Assembly (NCBI GenBank): GCA_019704295.1
Contig: AP024596.1
Coordinates: 1,504,001 to 1,568,000 of the forward strand
Direction of reading: 5' to 3'
Origin: Sulfolobales archaeon HS-7
Lineage (GTDB): Archaea > Thermoproteota > Thermoprotei_A > Sulfolobales > Sulfolobaceae
DNA: 64,000 nt
This document shows positions 1 to 10,894 of this stretch, piece by piece. Within the stretch, counting starts at the first letter, position 1, and each line of letters starts with the position of its first letter. The notes beneath the pieces are model-generated. The model worked only from the letters and a program-made list of their open reading frames with translations, was not told where the DNA came from and searched no databases. The position numbers and the translations under genes were made by a program.

Positions 1-5
1 TGAGA

Positions 6-929
6 ATGTCGATGGTAAGGGGGGGATTAGAGTACAAAGTTACGGAAGCTCAGAACCCGGAGAGACGTCTCTACGACGTGCAGATTGCCTCGCTCTCCCC
101 CAGACCAGTGGAAATGGAACTGAGGCTCGTCTCTCCTCCTCGGGGAGGTATTTTAAGCGAAACCTTACCCCCCATAGGCCCTTCCGCCTCGCTCAGTTCT
201 CTCAAGTTAGGTACTCTGCCACCTCCTGAAAAAGTGGTCGAAAGGGTTTTCCAGGAGAGGGATATCAAGGCGTCTGAGGCCATGAGGACTCTTTATGAGT
301 CGGGGATTTCCGTCGAGAGAATCAGTAGACTCCTTAGCGTTGGTAACCTAGGGAGGAACAGAAGACTTGTACCGACGAGGTGGAGTATAACGGCTGTTGA
401 TAAGAACCTATCCGACTTTCTAGTAGGGGAAATAAAGAGATTCCCTCAGATAGATAGCGTTGAAGTGTACGTTAGGAAATTTAATCTAAATGCCTTTGTA
501 GCAATCCTGTTACCGGGGAACTGGGCATTCGAATGGGGCGAGGCGTGGTTCCCCGCTACTACCTGGAATATGTGGGGGGAAGAACCTCAGGTTTCGGTGG
601 ACTATGAGGGGTACTTCGGCAGGAAGACCTATCCGGGCATTGGCGGGTGTTACTATTCGTCCAGATTAGGAGTCGCGGAACACCTTCACAGGAGAAAGAG
701 ACAGGCAGTTTCAATTCTCTGGAGGGAGATTTACCCTGGATTTTACTTTCCCATAGGAGTGTGGTTCGTGAGGGAAAACATCAGAGAGCTTTTCAAATCG
801 CAACCTGAGAAATTCTCGACCCTCGATGAGGCTTTGGAGTTCCTTAACGGTATCCTCAAGGTGAAAACCCCTAACTGGGAGAGGAGTTCCGGTTTGATCC
901 CCATTGTAAGGTCGAGGCTTTTTCCATGA
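6..929 (+). CDS. nreA: Nre-family archaeal DNA repair protein (DUF650/651), 5'-truncated by window edge
   Basis: Signature RRLVPTRWSITAVD, GGCYY..RL.V.EHL and GVWFVRENIR; frame is open to the window start. Confidence 0.85.
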   Translation: MSMVRGGLEYKVTEAQNPERRLYDVQIASLSPRPVEMELRLVSPPRGGILSETLPPIGPSASLSSLKLGTLPPPEKVVERVFQERDIKASEAMRTLYESGISVERISRLLSVGNLGRNRRLVPTRWSITAVDKNLSDFLVGEIKRFPQIDSVEVYVRKFNLNAFVAILLPGNWAFEWGEAWFPATTWNMWGEEPQVSVDYEGYFGRKTYPGIGGCYYSSRLGVAEHLHRRKRQAVSILWREIYPGFYFPIGVWFVRENIRELFKSQPEKFSTLDEALEFLNGILKVKTPNWERSSGLIPIVRSRLFP

Positions 930-1708
930 TAAGGGAAATTACAGTTAAGACGGCTTTAAGTAAGTCTAATCTTAAGGAGCTCGACTATGCACTAAATCCA
1001 TATCTCGGATGTAGGTTGTCCTGCACCTACTGCTATGCGAGGTATTTCTCCCCAGAGGAGGTAAAGGAGAAATGGGGGGAAGTGATTCTGGTAAAGTCGA
1101 ATTTGTTGGAGGTACTTAGGAGGGAGGTTAACGTTAAAAGAAGGGGTGTGGTAGGCGTTTCCACAGTTACCGATCCTTATCAGCCGGTGGAAGCTCAACG
1201 AAAGATCACAAGGGGGTCGCTGGAAATTCTCCTCAAATCGGGATTCAGGGTCTCGATTCAAACTAAGTCACCCCTGGTTTTAAGGGATGTAGACGTACTT
1301 TCGAAATATAGGGAAAAAGTGGACGTCGGAATAACCATAACAACTGTTGATAGAGACGTTTCGAAGGAGATTGAGCCGTTTGCACCGTTACCGGACGCCA
1401 GGTTTAACGCCGTCAAAGGCTTAAGAGATGCGGGAATTGAGACCTGGATTTTCCTCGGACCTATAATTCCTGGAGTTAACGAACACTTTGAGGGAATCTT
1501 GGAAAGGGTGAAGGACATGGGAATAAGGGTAATATACGATTTCTATAACCACTATCCTGGGTTACCCTTTAGCAGAATTCGGAGGGAGAAGATCAAGGAA
1601 TTGGAGGAGAAGTTGAAGAGGTTATGCCTGGAGTTAGGAATTCAGTGTCACTCGGAAGAGGAGGATTGGATCTTTGAGAAAAGAAGAGCAAATCGTCCCC
1701 TATTCTAG
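926..1708 (+). CDS. SPL-like (spore photoproduct lyase family) radical SAM protein
   Basis: NPY.GCxxxCxYCYA, TDPYQP.E, TKS.LV.RD; ATGA overlap with nre. Confidence 0.85.
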   Translation: MIREITVKTALSKSNLKELDYALNPYLGCRLSCTYCYARYFSPEEVKEKWGEVILVKSNLLEVLRREVNVKRRGVVGVSTVTDPYQPVEAQRKITRGSLEILLKSGFRVSIQTKSPLVLRDVDVLSKYREKVDVGITITTVDRDVSKEIEPFAPLPDARFNAVKGLRDAGIETWIFLGPIIPGVNEHFEGILERVKDMGIRVIYDFYNHYPGLPFSRIRREKIKELEEKLKRLCLELGIQCHSEEEDWIFEKRRANRPLF

Positions 1709-1727
1709 TAAGTAAACTAACCGGCCC

Positions 1728-2072
1728 AACCGGTAGACCTAAAACTGTTTTACAAATGTGAATTCAACACGAGTCTCATATTTTTTCACAGAAAAATAAT
1801 ATAATTTATTATCTCTTAGTGAACAGTGTTAAAAACAATGTTTCAAGCAATCAATACAAATAAAACAGATTTCATTACTCACGTCTTCATCGTTTTCTGA
1901 TATTAAAACAGTATTCCTTAGTTTCTATCGTAAAAATATAAAAATTTAATAAGACGCTTAAAAATCTCTAAAAATTTTTACAGAATTAATGACCTTATTA
2001 CGTTAAACTCCCATGAACTACTATTGATGGATGAAAATTACTTTTGCTAATCGGATTTTGGGTCTACCGGTT
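1728..2072. mobile_element. MITE-like non-coding element (345 bp)
   Basis: Terminal inverted repeats aaccggtagacctaaaa (1728-1744) / ttttgggtctaccggtt (2056-2072), 16/17 match; AT-rich ORF-less interior. Confidence 0.7.
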
Positions 2073-2238
2073 ATAAGACGGTATATCGCCATTTACACCG
2101 ACACCTTCCCTAGCTTTAGGGATTTCCCCTTACAAGGTAATTGAGAAACGATTAACATCGACGTTTAAGATGACATTAACATAACTAAAAATTCAGGAGA
2201 ATTAAATAGCGTTATAATGTAGGAAAAAACATTACATT

Positions 2239-3492
2239 ATGGAACTCAGAATTTCCGACGTGAAGTTCATTACAATTCAGGCGAATTTCGAATGGACTTT
2301 CGTGAAAGTTTTTTCTGGGGAGGAATACGGGATAGGAGAAGCCGGTCCCGCCCCATCGATCTCTGCAATGGGGGAAAAATTCAAGAAACTGATAATAGGA
2401 GAGGACGCCTTAAAGCTTAGGAGGATTGAGGAGAAGTTCAGATTCGCCTCCCTTTACTCTGGGACGACAACACATCACGTAATGGCAGGAGTAGTAAACG
2501 CAATCTACGACTTAATAGCAAGGCATCTTAATATTCCACTTTACAAGTTCTTAGGAGGAGATAGGGAGAGCATAAGGGTTTACGTCGACGCTCACGGAGG
2601 TAAGGGATTGGAAGCCATGACCTCGATACAGTTACCTACATATCCGGAATTCCTTAAAGGAGCTGATGTAGAGAGGGAAAGGCTGACGTCGTCCAATAAC
2701 CCGATACATGGAAGACTTTCGCAGGAGAAATGGAATGAGGATTACACGCCAGAAGCTTATTCCAAAAGAGCGAGAAACATGGTAAAGGAGGGCTTCACTG
2801 CAATGAAGTTCGATCTAGACGTACCGACGCCTTACTCAAAGGAGTATAACATTAGGTCTGGACAACTCACGAATAAAGACATTGATTACATGTATTCAAT
2901 AATGAAGTCGGTAAGGGAGGAAGTTGGAGATGAAATTGACGTTATGGTTGACCTCCACTGGAGGTACGATATTAATACAGCAGTTAGGATATGCAGTACA
3001 CTGGACCCCTTAAGGTTAAAATGGATTGAAGATCCGGTTCCAGCTCAAATGTCGATAAGTAACGTAGACGAGTTCAGACTGTTAACCGGTTTCTGCAGAA
3101 CTCCTATTGAGACCGGTGAGAACTTTTATGAGTCTATCCAGTTCAGGGAGCTGATACCCGTGGGAGTGAGAGTATGGGCTCCGGATATAGCTAAAACCGG
3201 AGTAACTGAGGGTAGGAGGATAGCCGAGTTAGCCTGGATGTACGACATAGAGTTTTCTCCCCATAACATAGGCTCACCGATAGCTACACTGTTCAATGCA
3301 CATGTGTCTTCTGCTGCAGGTACTCTAGGGGCTGTCGAGTTTCACGGTCACGACCTTCCAATTTGGAATAAGATCTCTATTCCTGAGGTGAAAATAGAAA
3401 AGGGGTTCGTAAAATTAGACGACAAACCTGGAATAGGCGTGGATCTTAATGAGGAGTTTCTAAAGAAGACGTTCAATGCTTCTTTTTCCTAA
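2239..3492 (+). CDS. Mandelate racemase/muconate lactonizing enzyme family, probable sugar-acid dehydratase
   Basis: KxD (MKFD), metal ligands in DLHW / IEDP / TGEN, PHN, KPGIG. Confidence 0.85.
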   Translation: MELRISDVKFITIQANFEWTFVKVFSGEEYGIGEAGPAPSISAMGEKFKKLIIGEDALKLRRIEEKFRFASLYSGTTTHHVMAGVVNAIYDLIARHLNIPLYKFLGGDRESIRVYVDAHGGKGLEAMTSIQLPTYPEFLKGADVERERLTSSNNPIHGRLSQEKWNEDYTPEAYSKRARNMVKEGFTAMKFDLDVPTPYSKEYNIRSGQLTNKDIDYMYSIMKSVREEVGDEIDVMVDLHWRYDINTAVRICSTLDPLRLKWIEDPVPAQMSISNVDEFRLLTGFCRTPIETGENFYESIQFRELIPVGVRVWAPDIAKTGVTEGRRIAELAWMYDIEFSPHNIGSPIATLFNAHVSSAAGTLGAVEFHGHDLPIWNKISIPEVKIEKGFVKLDDKPGIGVDLNEEFLKKTFNASFS

Positions 3493-3765
3493 ACCTATGT
3501 GTGAAATAAGCGGCCGGAATCCGTAATAAGTTTGCGAGACATTTGAAGATAACCCTTTCCTTAGTGAGAGATGGGTTATTTCATATGTCCTTCGATTAAA
3601 CTGCTCTACTTACATGGCTTAGTGGCCCCCTTCTTGTGAAAGAAGCTCGACAGGCTCTAAGGGTCCACTTTGTTCACCAAATTCAGGGTGCCTGAGACGT
3701 AGATTGGAACATAGATACATTATAAACCATATTTACATATTCAAGCTCTAATCCCTCCCTTTCTA

Positions 3766-4134
3766 TTATTTCCCTAAGAAGAGCCCTATTACCTCCTCAT
3801 TATCTTCGTCCCATCTCATCCCTATGGAGTAAATCCTGTTCTTTAGTCCTTTGACTTCAGTTAGTTCTGTCATAGCTAAAGAGAGTTTAGTTAACGCATC
3901 CTCACTCCTCTTCTGTGCTTCGACAAGCTCGTTTAACGTCCTGACTACAGAATTTAGAATTTGCCTATTCTCTAAGTTCAATTTTGCCTGTTCCTCTAGG
4001 GATTTACTTACATTTTCCAGTGTAGTGCGTATTACTATATTATCGATACCAATCACTTGTTTAAGTTCTTCCCTAACCTGAAGATCCTCACGTAATAACC
4101 TTATTAGGATCTCCTTAACCTCAGTCATTACCAT
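3766..4134 (-). pseudogene. Truncated coiled-coil/PD-(D/E)XK (DUF3782-like) Sulfolobales family protein
   Basis: N-terminal EILIRLLRED..R.EL, heptad coiled coil, G.RW...NE; stops where the nuclease-like domain should start. Confidence 0.5.
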
Positions 4135-4481
4135 GTACTTTATACCGTTCTACGATGAAAACCCTCATACGATAAGCAGGAGATCTGAAAATTTATTAAT
4201 GTAGAATTTCGTTAATGAATGGTAAGATATGTAAACTATTCTGCCCTTACGAGTTCATTCAAGGCACTACACGCTTAGCCTCTAACACAGCTATGAAAAC
4301 AGCGAGTTCGGAAGACTACTTACCTCAACGTCGTAGTCCTTGACGTTCTTAGTCTAGGACAACTTGGACCTCTTTGGGACTAAATACTTCCACGGGGAAA
4401 GTATTTTACACCAGGGATTAGGATAAAACGAGTATTACGTTAGTAAAACAAATGAAGGTATGATCTCAAAAATAGAAGTAT

Positions 4482-5384
4482 CTATGACTTGAGCATCTTC
4501 GCTCTTACGTAACCTGCAACCTGAGATATAGCGTCTCTCCCTGCCCTAACCAATTGGTAGAAGCTGACGAATCCATGGATCATGCCCATGTACCTTACTA
4601 AAACAGACTCATTTCCTGCTTCCCTCATCATGTGGTGATAGGTTTCACCTTGATCTCTCAGGGGATCGTACTCTGCAGTGATCACCAAAGCTGAGGGAAG
4701 GTTCTCCAGTTTACCGAATGCGGGAGAAGCGTAAGGTTGGATCGCCTCCCTTCCAGATGAGAAGTAAGCTAAGCCGAACCAATTCATTAGGTCCTTGGTT
4801 AGAAAGTAACCGTCTCCGTATTCCCTAATAGAAGGTGAGTTGTCCACCATGTTTACTGCGGGGTAAATGAGGCACTGACACCCTACTATTCCCTGATCCT
4901 TATCTCTGTCAATCTGACTTACTACCGCTGCCAAATTCCCTCCAGCGCTGTCCCCCGCTACGCAGACTTTACCTGAGTCCCCTAGGTGATTCTCCCTCAA
5001 CCACATGAGAGTATCCCACGCATCGTTGACCGGGATTGGGTACTTGTGTTCAGGCGCTAACCTATACCCCACCGAGAGGACCGTCATTCCTGATTCCTTG
5101 GCCAAAAGCCTCACTAATCCATCATAGCTCTCAACGCTTCCGAAAACGAACCCTCCTCCATGATAGTATACAAGGATTGGAGAGTTCTCCTCTCCTCCAT
5201 AATAGAACCTTCCCATGATCTCCCCGTCTCTGACCTTAATGACGGCGTCCTTAGTCCTCATGGAAATCTTATCTCCTGATCCGAAGAAGGAGTCGTGTAC
5301 TCTCCTTATTTCGTTGAGATCTCCTTTCAATTCCAGCTTGGGAATCATGGAAAGTATTTTCTTTACATCGGGATCCAATGGCAT
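4482..5384 (-). CDS. HSL-family (family IV) carboxylesterase/lipase
   Basis: HGGG oxyanion hole, GDSAG nucleophile, YDPLRD, HGF. Confidence 0.93.
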   Translation of the reverse strand: MPLDPDVKKILSMIPKLELKGDLNEIRRVHDSFFGSGDKISMRTKDAVIKVRDGEIMGRFYYGGEENSPILVYYHGGGFVFGSVESYDGLVRLLAKESGMTVLSVGYRLAPEHKYPIPVNDAWDTLMWLRENHLGDSGKVCVAGDSAGGNLAAVVSQIDRDKDQGIVGCQCLIYPAVNMVDNSPSIREYGDGYFLTKDLMNWFGLAYFSSGREAIQPYASPAFGKLENLPSALVITAEYDPLRDQGETYHHMMREAGNESVLVRYMGMIHGFVSFYQLVRAGRDAISQVAGYVRAKMLKS

Positions 5385-6363
5385 TTGTAATCACCCGGAA
5401 TTTGTATTTAAAAATAAAATGCTTTCTGGGTTAATGGTTCTGATAAGTTATTAACTAAGGGTCTAGGAGATATTTTAGCATATAATTAGTTGGAATTGTT
5501 AGTAAAAAGATCGATCACACGTCAATTTCATGTTAACTTTGTCTGAATACTACAAGGAACATATTTATATTAGAAATCCTCATCATACTTAATATTTAAA
5601 TAATAATAATAATATTTTATACTATATATACATATAAATTAAAATCCATAGCTGTTACCTGAATTCTCCCATATAGACTTGATATTAACAGGATATAATG
5701 ATAAATATTCAATAGCTTTGCCTGATTTTTCCACGAAATAGGGAGGTCATTTACCATTTCCATCCTCAGCTAAAAAGCTCCAAACCTAGGTCCTCTCATA
5801 CCTTAGAAGCATCTCCGGTGAAGTTAACTGATCGTTCGTGGTTCGTTTGCCAATTTAGTTTACTTAAAGGAGGGTGACGAATTTAATTGAATGTAACCAT
5901 AACGACTATAAGGAGATCTACGTTCACCAATACTTTTGTACACGCCTCGTTCATGAATTGGAATTTGGGGGACACTAATCCCCTGACGTTGTGTCAAATA
6001 ATTTATTGGAAAGATAGAAAATTATATTAAAGATATATTTATATAGGAATCTTATTATAATTTATTTATGAATCTTATGAACTCAGTTGTTTACTTTCCG
6101 TACCTTCCAAATTCCTCATCATTTCTAGGTTCAGGAATTGTTGAATCTTCCTAAATTCAAAGTTGTTTCTTAAAAAATTTTATATTATTTTTGATAAAAG
6201 TTAGAGAAAGCTGCTAAGCAGTGAATGAAAGTAGGTTAAGAATTGAATGGAACGTCTGTCCCTAAGAGTTGAGATATTGGTTCCTTCTTTTAAATATACC
6301 TAGTAGCACGGTTCCAAGGTAAAATATGCAACTATAGTTCGTATCTCTTAAAATTTTAGTCTC

Positions 6364-6780
6364 TCACTTGTTTTCCCTACTATATCTTTGATATGTTTCA
6401 AGAACATCCCTCCAGTTCTTTACACCGCTAACAGTTAACGCGCCACTATCATAAACTATGGTTAAGTCGGCCACGTAGTTGCCTTTTAAATGACGAAGAT
6501 TAGAGATCCTTAGCTCTCTAATAGCCTTAAGAGGTAACTTAAACTTGCCTAAGATCAACTTCTTAGGTGTAAGGCGAAGATCAAGGGGTCGGACTAAGAC
6601 AAAGAGGACGGTCATTGTTACAAGGAAAGATGATAACAATAATAGGTAAACGAATAGGTTTTTCAATACGATTAAAGCAATTTCATCGACAATATAGATT
6701 ATCCAAATTATCCCTAACAGGAGGTAATAGATCTTGTCCCCTTTTTCCGTCCTTATTCTTAATGATAGGGGAGCTTTCAT
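6364..6780 (-). CDS. Membrane protein, 2 TM + probable PH-like C-terminal domain
   Basis: Two hydrophobic helices followed by beta-rich LRLT.KKL..LPLKAIRELRI pattern and a terminal helix. Confidence 0.6.
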   Translation of the reverse strand: MKAPLSLRIRTEKGDKIYYLLLGIIWIIYIVDEIALIVLKNLFVYLLLLSSFLVTMTVLFVLVRPLDLRLTPKKLILGKFKLPLKAIRELRISNLRHLKGNYVADLTIVYDSGALTVSGVKNWRDVLETYQRYSRENK

Positions 6781-6942
6781 AATTATTGATTTGAAGTTAA
6801 GTAAATAAGCATTTCTTCGGAGAAGTCTAATTGGTGATGAACTATATTAATATAGTTTCATATAATAATTTTATTAAAATCTCATACTTATGACATTTGT
6901 TTCTAATTCAAAAATAATAGATAATTACAGGAAATGATAATA

Positions 6943-7095
6943 AGGGCGATTCACATCTTCATCGTGAATTCGGTTTATTTCAGTAAATATGACAAATTTA
7001 ATTCAATATTACCGAAACGACTGATAGGGATTTAAACTTAGCAATTTACTGAATTTTCTCTTAATATTTAAATGGGAAAGAGTGCCGAATACATC
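6943..7095. mobile_element. Degenerate MITE, same family as 28661-28823
   Basis: First 28 nt match the TIR of the 28661-28823 element at 21/28; interior aligns with its reverse complement. Confidence 0.55.
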
Positions 7096-7326
7096 TTTCC
7101 CTAAAGTTTCTAAAGTCTGATCCGCTAATGTTGAATAAGCCTATCAAGGAAAAAATAAGGAAGTCTGCAATCACGACTCTAGAGATACTTATATAGCTGT
7201 AACAGTATATAATTTCAAGAAGAATTATTTGAGAGAACTATTTTTCCATTTAATTTTCTCTTAACGCTATTTTTAGGTAAGAACCATTACATCTGCAAGT
7301 AATAGTGTGGTAGACCCACAAGCGGT

Positions 7327-8526
7327 TTACGTACCTTCAATGAGCTCTTCCAACAATTGGATCATGTTAGGATAGTTGTAGTTCCTTTTGAGGGAAATCA
7401 CCGAGGTTTTATCCTCAAAAGTCTTGTTTTTCTTAACTATGGCAAAGTCCTCGCCGTCTACCGTTAGTGTTACGTCCTTGAAGAACGACATACAGTATAT
7501 AAGTTCCCCTGTCGATCCTTCGCTAGATGTGATAGGTGTTCTTAAAAGAAGTGTTTCCACACCAGAACTCTTAGCGGCATTACTAAGAGCTACGTCTGAG
7601 GTAGTCAATATTAGGGGGTCTGGAAGTTCTCTTTTCAGATCTCTGGCCTCCCTAATAAGTGGAATATCACCAGAGCCTTTTTCGATTGTAGTTATTGGTG
7701 GCTGATGTAACCTTTTATAGCTCATCATAGCTAGGTGGAACTTAACATTGCTATCTTTTTGAGTACTTTGAACGTGATTTAAGATCTCGTTATATACCGC
7801 CCTTGAAGCTAAGAGCTTTCTCCCGTCCTTTTTGTTCCACGTAAGTCTTCCAAGCCTCTCTTCTACATTCACGTATACGTTAGTATCAGCTAAGAGGTAC
7901 GCACCGCCGTTAACAAAATCCCCTATTTTCTCTTCCTCTTTGAACCTAATGAAACCTCCTCTCCTTGCGCAAATCTCTTCCTCAGAGTGCTCCTGTGGCT
8001 TGGGGTCGTAGTCGACCTTTCCTATAAAGGAGAACAGATTGTACACTGCCTCTATTCCTATTGGAGAAAGTTTGGATTCGGTAGGTAATCCTTCTATAGT
8101 TAACGGAGGTTCGTAAGCAACCTCATCTCCCGTCCTTACGTTATATACCTTTACCTGGTTCAGTGGAATGTAACCAAACACCTTATACCCCAACTCCTCC
8201 CTTTCCACATAGGCATACCTTACCTCCGCGGGTGTATAATTTAGGATGACCATAGCCATGTATTTCCTCCCTGGCGTCACATCAGCGACATCTACGTTAA
8301 GGGAGGAAATTTCTTCCCTCCACCTCTTTATCCCCTTTCCCACCATTCTGAGCTCTACGTCGGAGTCAATCCCCACGGATCTAAGTACAGGTCTCAAATC
8401 CTTGTCTACCTTGACCGATTCCGATAAGATGAGGATCTTATTAGGTTTGATTCCGGTAAAGATTTCCGTCATTATAGCATCCACTGTGGTGATCAGTTTA
8501 TCAGAACCTAAAGTTGCGAAGATCAT
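7327..8526 (-). CDS. CARF-like Rossmann domain fused to PIN nuclease domain
   Basis: IFATLGS (CARF motif I), DVTPGRK (CARF motif II), YLLADTNV / E / GD..LI / TSD..L (PIN acidic residues). Confidence 0.75.
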   Translation of the reverse strand: MIFATLGSDKLITTVDAIMTEIFTGIKPNKILILSESVKVDKDLRPVLRSVGIDSDVELRMVGKGIKRWREEISSLNVDVADVTPGRKYMAMVILNYTPAEVRYAYVEREELGYKVFGYIPLNQVKVYNVRTGDEVAYEPPLTIEGLPTESKLSPIGIEAVYNLFSFIGKVDYDPKPQEHSEEEICARRGGFIRFKEEEKIGDFVNGGAYLLADTNVYVNVEERLGRLTWNKKDGRKLLASRAVYNEILNHVQSTQKDSNVKFHLAMMSYKRLHQPPITTIEKGSGDIPLIREARDLKRELPDPLILTTSDVALSNAAKSSGVETLLLRTPITSSEGSTGELIYCMSFFKDVTLTVDGEDFAIVKKNKTFEDKTSVISLKRNYNYPNMIQLLEELIEGT

Positions 8527-9329
8527 AAATAATACTTGCTGTAGGGAAATTTATATTCGTATAGGATTGATGCTTCGCCTCTAACGCAGCCAAGGGAATA
8601 CTTAGTACGTATGGTTAGCTGCCTAAATGTCTCAGTTCTCGAAGTTCCTGTCTCGCACAACATGGGCTCCTTCAGACTTAACCGTTGTAGGGCCTTACTT
8701 TCCTCATTCCTAACGGTATGTGTTTTCCCGTGGAAGAATCTGGAGGAACTTACGCGCTGTCCAGGCGCTTCCATCTTAAGGAGAGGTAAAGGACGTGAGG
8801 TCCATGAGAAGAGATATTCCTTATCCCTATGAGGTCTCGCAGGATTATCAGACAATAGGCATTTAAGAAGTCTGCGAGACGTTAACACTGTAGCCGATAA
8901 GATACCCCATTATCCAATCGACAATCCTGTATGGTTATCCTGGATATAATTAGGCTACTTCTAGTAATCCCGAAGTAGTCTGAGCTGGGAGGAAAGCGTA
9001 TAGCCACATTCATGAAAATGGCTTACGCTGTGGGATTCATTATGTGCTTAGGAATACAAAACTGCACTTTTATGTGTTAATAAACTTAATGAGATCTAGA
9101 AAAGAGAAATTAAGAGCTTTTGAGTTCATATTGGGTAAGCATTACAGATTTTAACGCGATTTAAGTCAAATTTACGAAAATGTTACCTTAGAATGAGCTT
9201 CAAGACGTTATAGTGGGAAAGCGGATGTATCTTCAGAGTGCCCCTTAATCTGATTTACCCTCAATTACTATGTCTAACGAAGTGCTTAACTACAAGGAGT
9301 CCATGGTTTAGATTCCCCTATGGAGAAAA

Positions 9330-10175
9330 CTACTGATATGAGAGATTTTGTAGCCAGATTACGCAGAGATTCCAGTTACTTACGAAGCTGGAAACTCCCT
9401 CTGAATTAGCTAACGATTTTACTGTATTCCAGTACACATCACCTGGGTAATTAGCGTAACCAAGGGCTAACACAGTTAAGTTATAGCTTCTTAATATGTT
9501 AGTCTCATTAATTACACAAGTGGAATTCGAAAAGGATATTGTCCCTGGGGAAACTACTTGCGTCCCGTAATCCTCAAACATCACGAAATTTATCAACCTC
9601 GATATATTCTCCATTACGGAAAAACCCCTATTAACACCTATTACTGCGTTAGGATAATGAGTTCTTGTCCAATTAATTACAGATATTATTCCTTGAGCGA
9701 CACAGGGATATTGTTCTACAACATCGAGGTCGTCAAACATAACCCCTTGAAATCCCATGCTCATTACTATGGTAACTTGAGATTCAATATATTCTTGCCA
9801 TGCTGGAGAGGAAACATTAACTATGTATTGATCCCAAAGTTGATCGTAGCCTATAATTACGTTTGTCGGAGGAGTTAAGTTTCCTAAACTCATGTTCGCC
9901 ATTTCTCCAAGATCAATGTAAGCTATCTTAACCGCCTTTATCTGACTTAACTGTGAGGAATTGACTTGAGTGGGATCTATTATTACCCAAGAAAAGTTGT
10001 TCAACATTTGAATTACTGTAGTATTTATAGGACCGTAGTACACTGCGAATGTCGGTTCTACTACTTTAGCGGGTTGAATGGATTTCATTCCGTGAGAACC
10101 TCTAAAGTATATGTAAGTCGATAGCATAGATGTCAAAAATAAAAAAAGAAGTAAGATGGATATTGATTTACGCAT
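9330..10175 (-). CDS. GH114-like endo-alpha-1,4-polygalactosaminidase, secreted/anchored
   Basis: N-terminal TM; FAVYYG, IAYIDLGE, GFQGVMFDDLD, NRGF, MFE; start placed at ATG 10175 rather than TTG 10214. Confidence 0.8.
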   Translation of the reverse strand: MRKSISILLLFLFLTSMLSTYIYFRGSHGMKSIQPAKVVEPTFAVYYGPINTTVIQMLNNFSWVIIDPTQVNSSQLSQIKAVKIAYIDLGEMANMSLGNLTPPTNVIIGYDQLWDQYIVNVSSPAWQEYIESQVTIVMSMGFQGVMFDDLDVVEQYPCVAQGIISVINWTRTHYPNAVIGVNRGFSVMENISRLINFVMFEDYGTQVVSPGTISFSNSTCVINETNILRSYNLTVLALGYANYPGDVYWNTVKSLANSEGVSSFVSNWNLCVIWLQNLSYQ

Positions 10176-10894
10176 GATTACGAAGACTGAGAACGAGATA
10201 ATAAGTTCTCTCAATACCGATATAACCTAGTTATATTTGTATCGGCGTATGCCTTTACATTTTTAACAACCTAGTCTCTCTGCCTTTTAACTATTGGAAC
10301 TTAGGAATGTGTTAGCCGTAAGACTTAAGAATATCGTCATGTATCCATTAGTTTCTCTGTTATTGCTGTTATTTCGTCAATTCCTATTTTGCTTTCGTGT
10401 TTTAATAATAGAAACATGAGGCACTAGAAATTTCATTCTAATAGCCAAGGTCACGTGAAGTTCAGAGAGGTTTGACAAATAAGGACGGAATCGCTTTACA
10501 GCAAAACTTCGAAAGATATATAGATTTCCACAGAAAAACAGAACCACCATAGACCCTTTCGATACATGCATTTGCCTAGGTTAGTATTTGCAGTAAATTT
10601 TACCTTTATGAAATTTTACATTTTCTTTAATAATATTTATAGAATTACTAACATATTTGCCGTGTAATTAATAGGTTGGAGGGATAAAAATGAGTTAATT
10701 AAAGGAAAGTATTACTGATGTCCTTTTTCGCTAAATAGCAGACGAGTCTTCGATCGCGCATAAGCAGGACTGTCCCTGTACCTTACTTAGCCTAAATCAA
10801 ATCGGGTTTACTCTTCGCCACAAACTCAAAGCTTTCCGTCTCTCTCACTTTTAATTTCTGTGAAATCTTAGAACTTTAGAAAAATTCGGAAAGT

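Noticed and set aside
8523-9050. 121-aa and 73-aa ORFs and a 9-bp inverted repeat (gtctcgcag/ctgcgagac, 8834-8880) upstream of CARF-PIN, considered as antitoxin or ncRNA
   Set aside because: Non-protein-like composition; probably a decayed gene; a single short inverted repeat is insufficient
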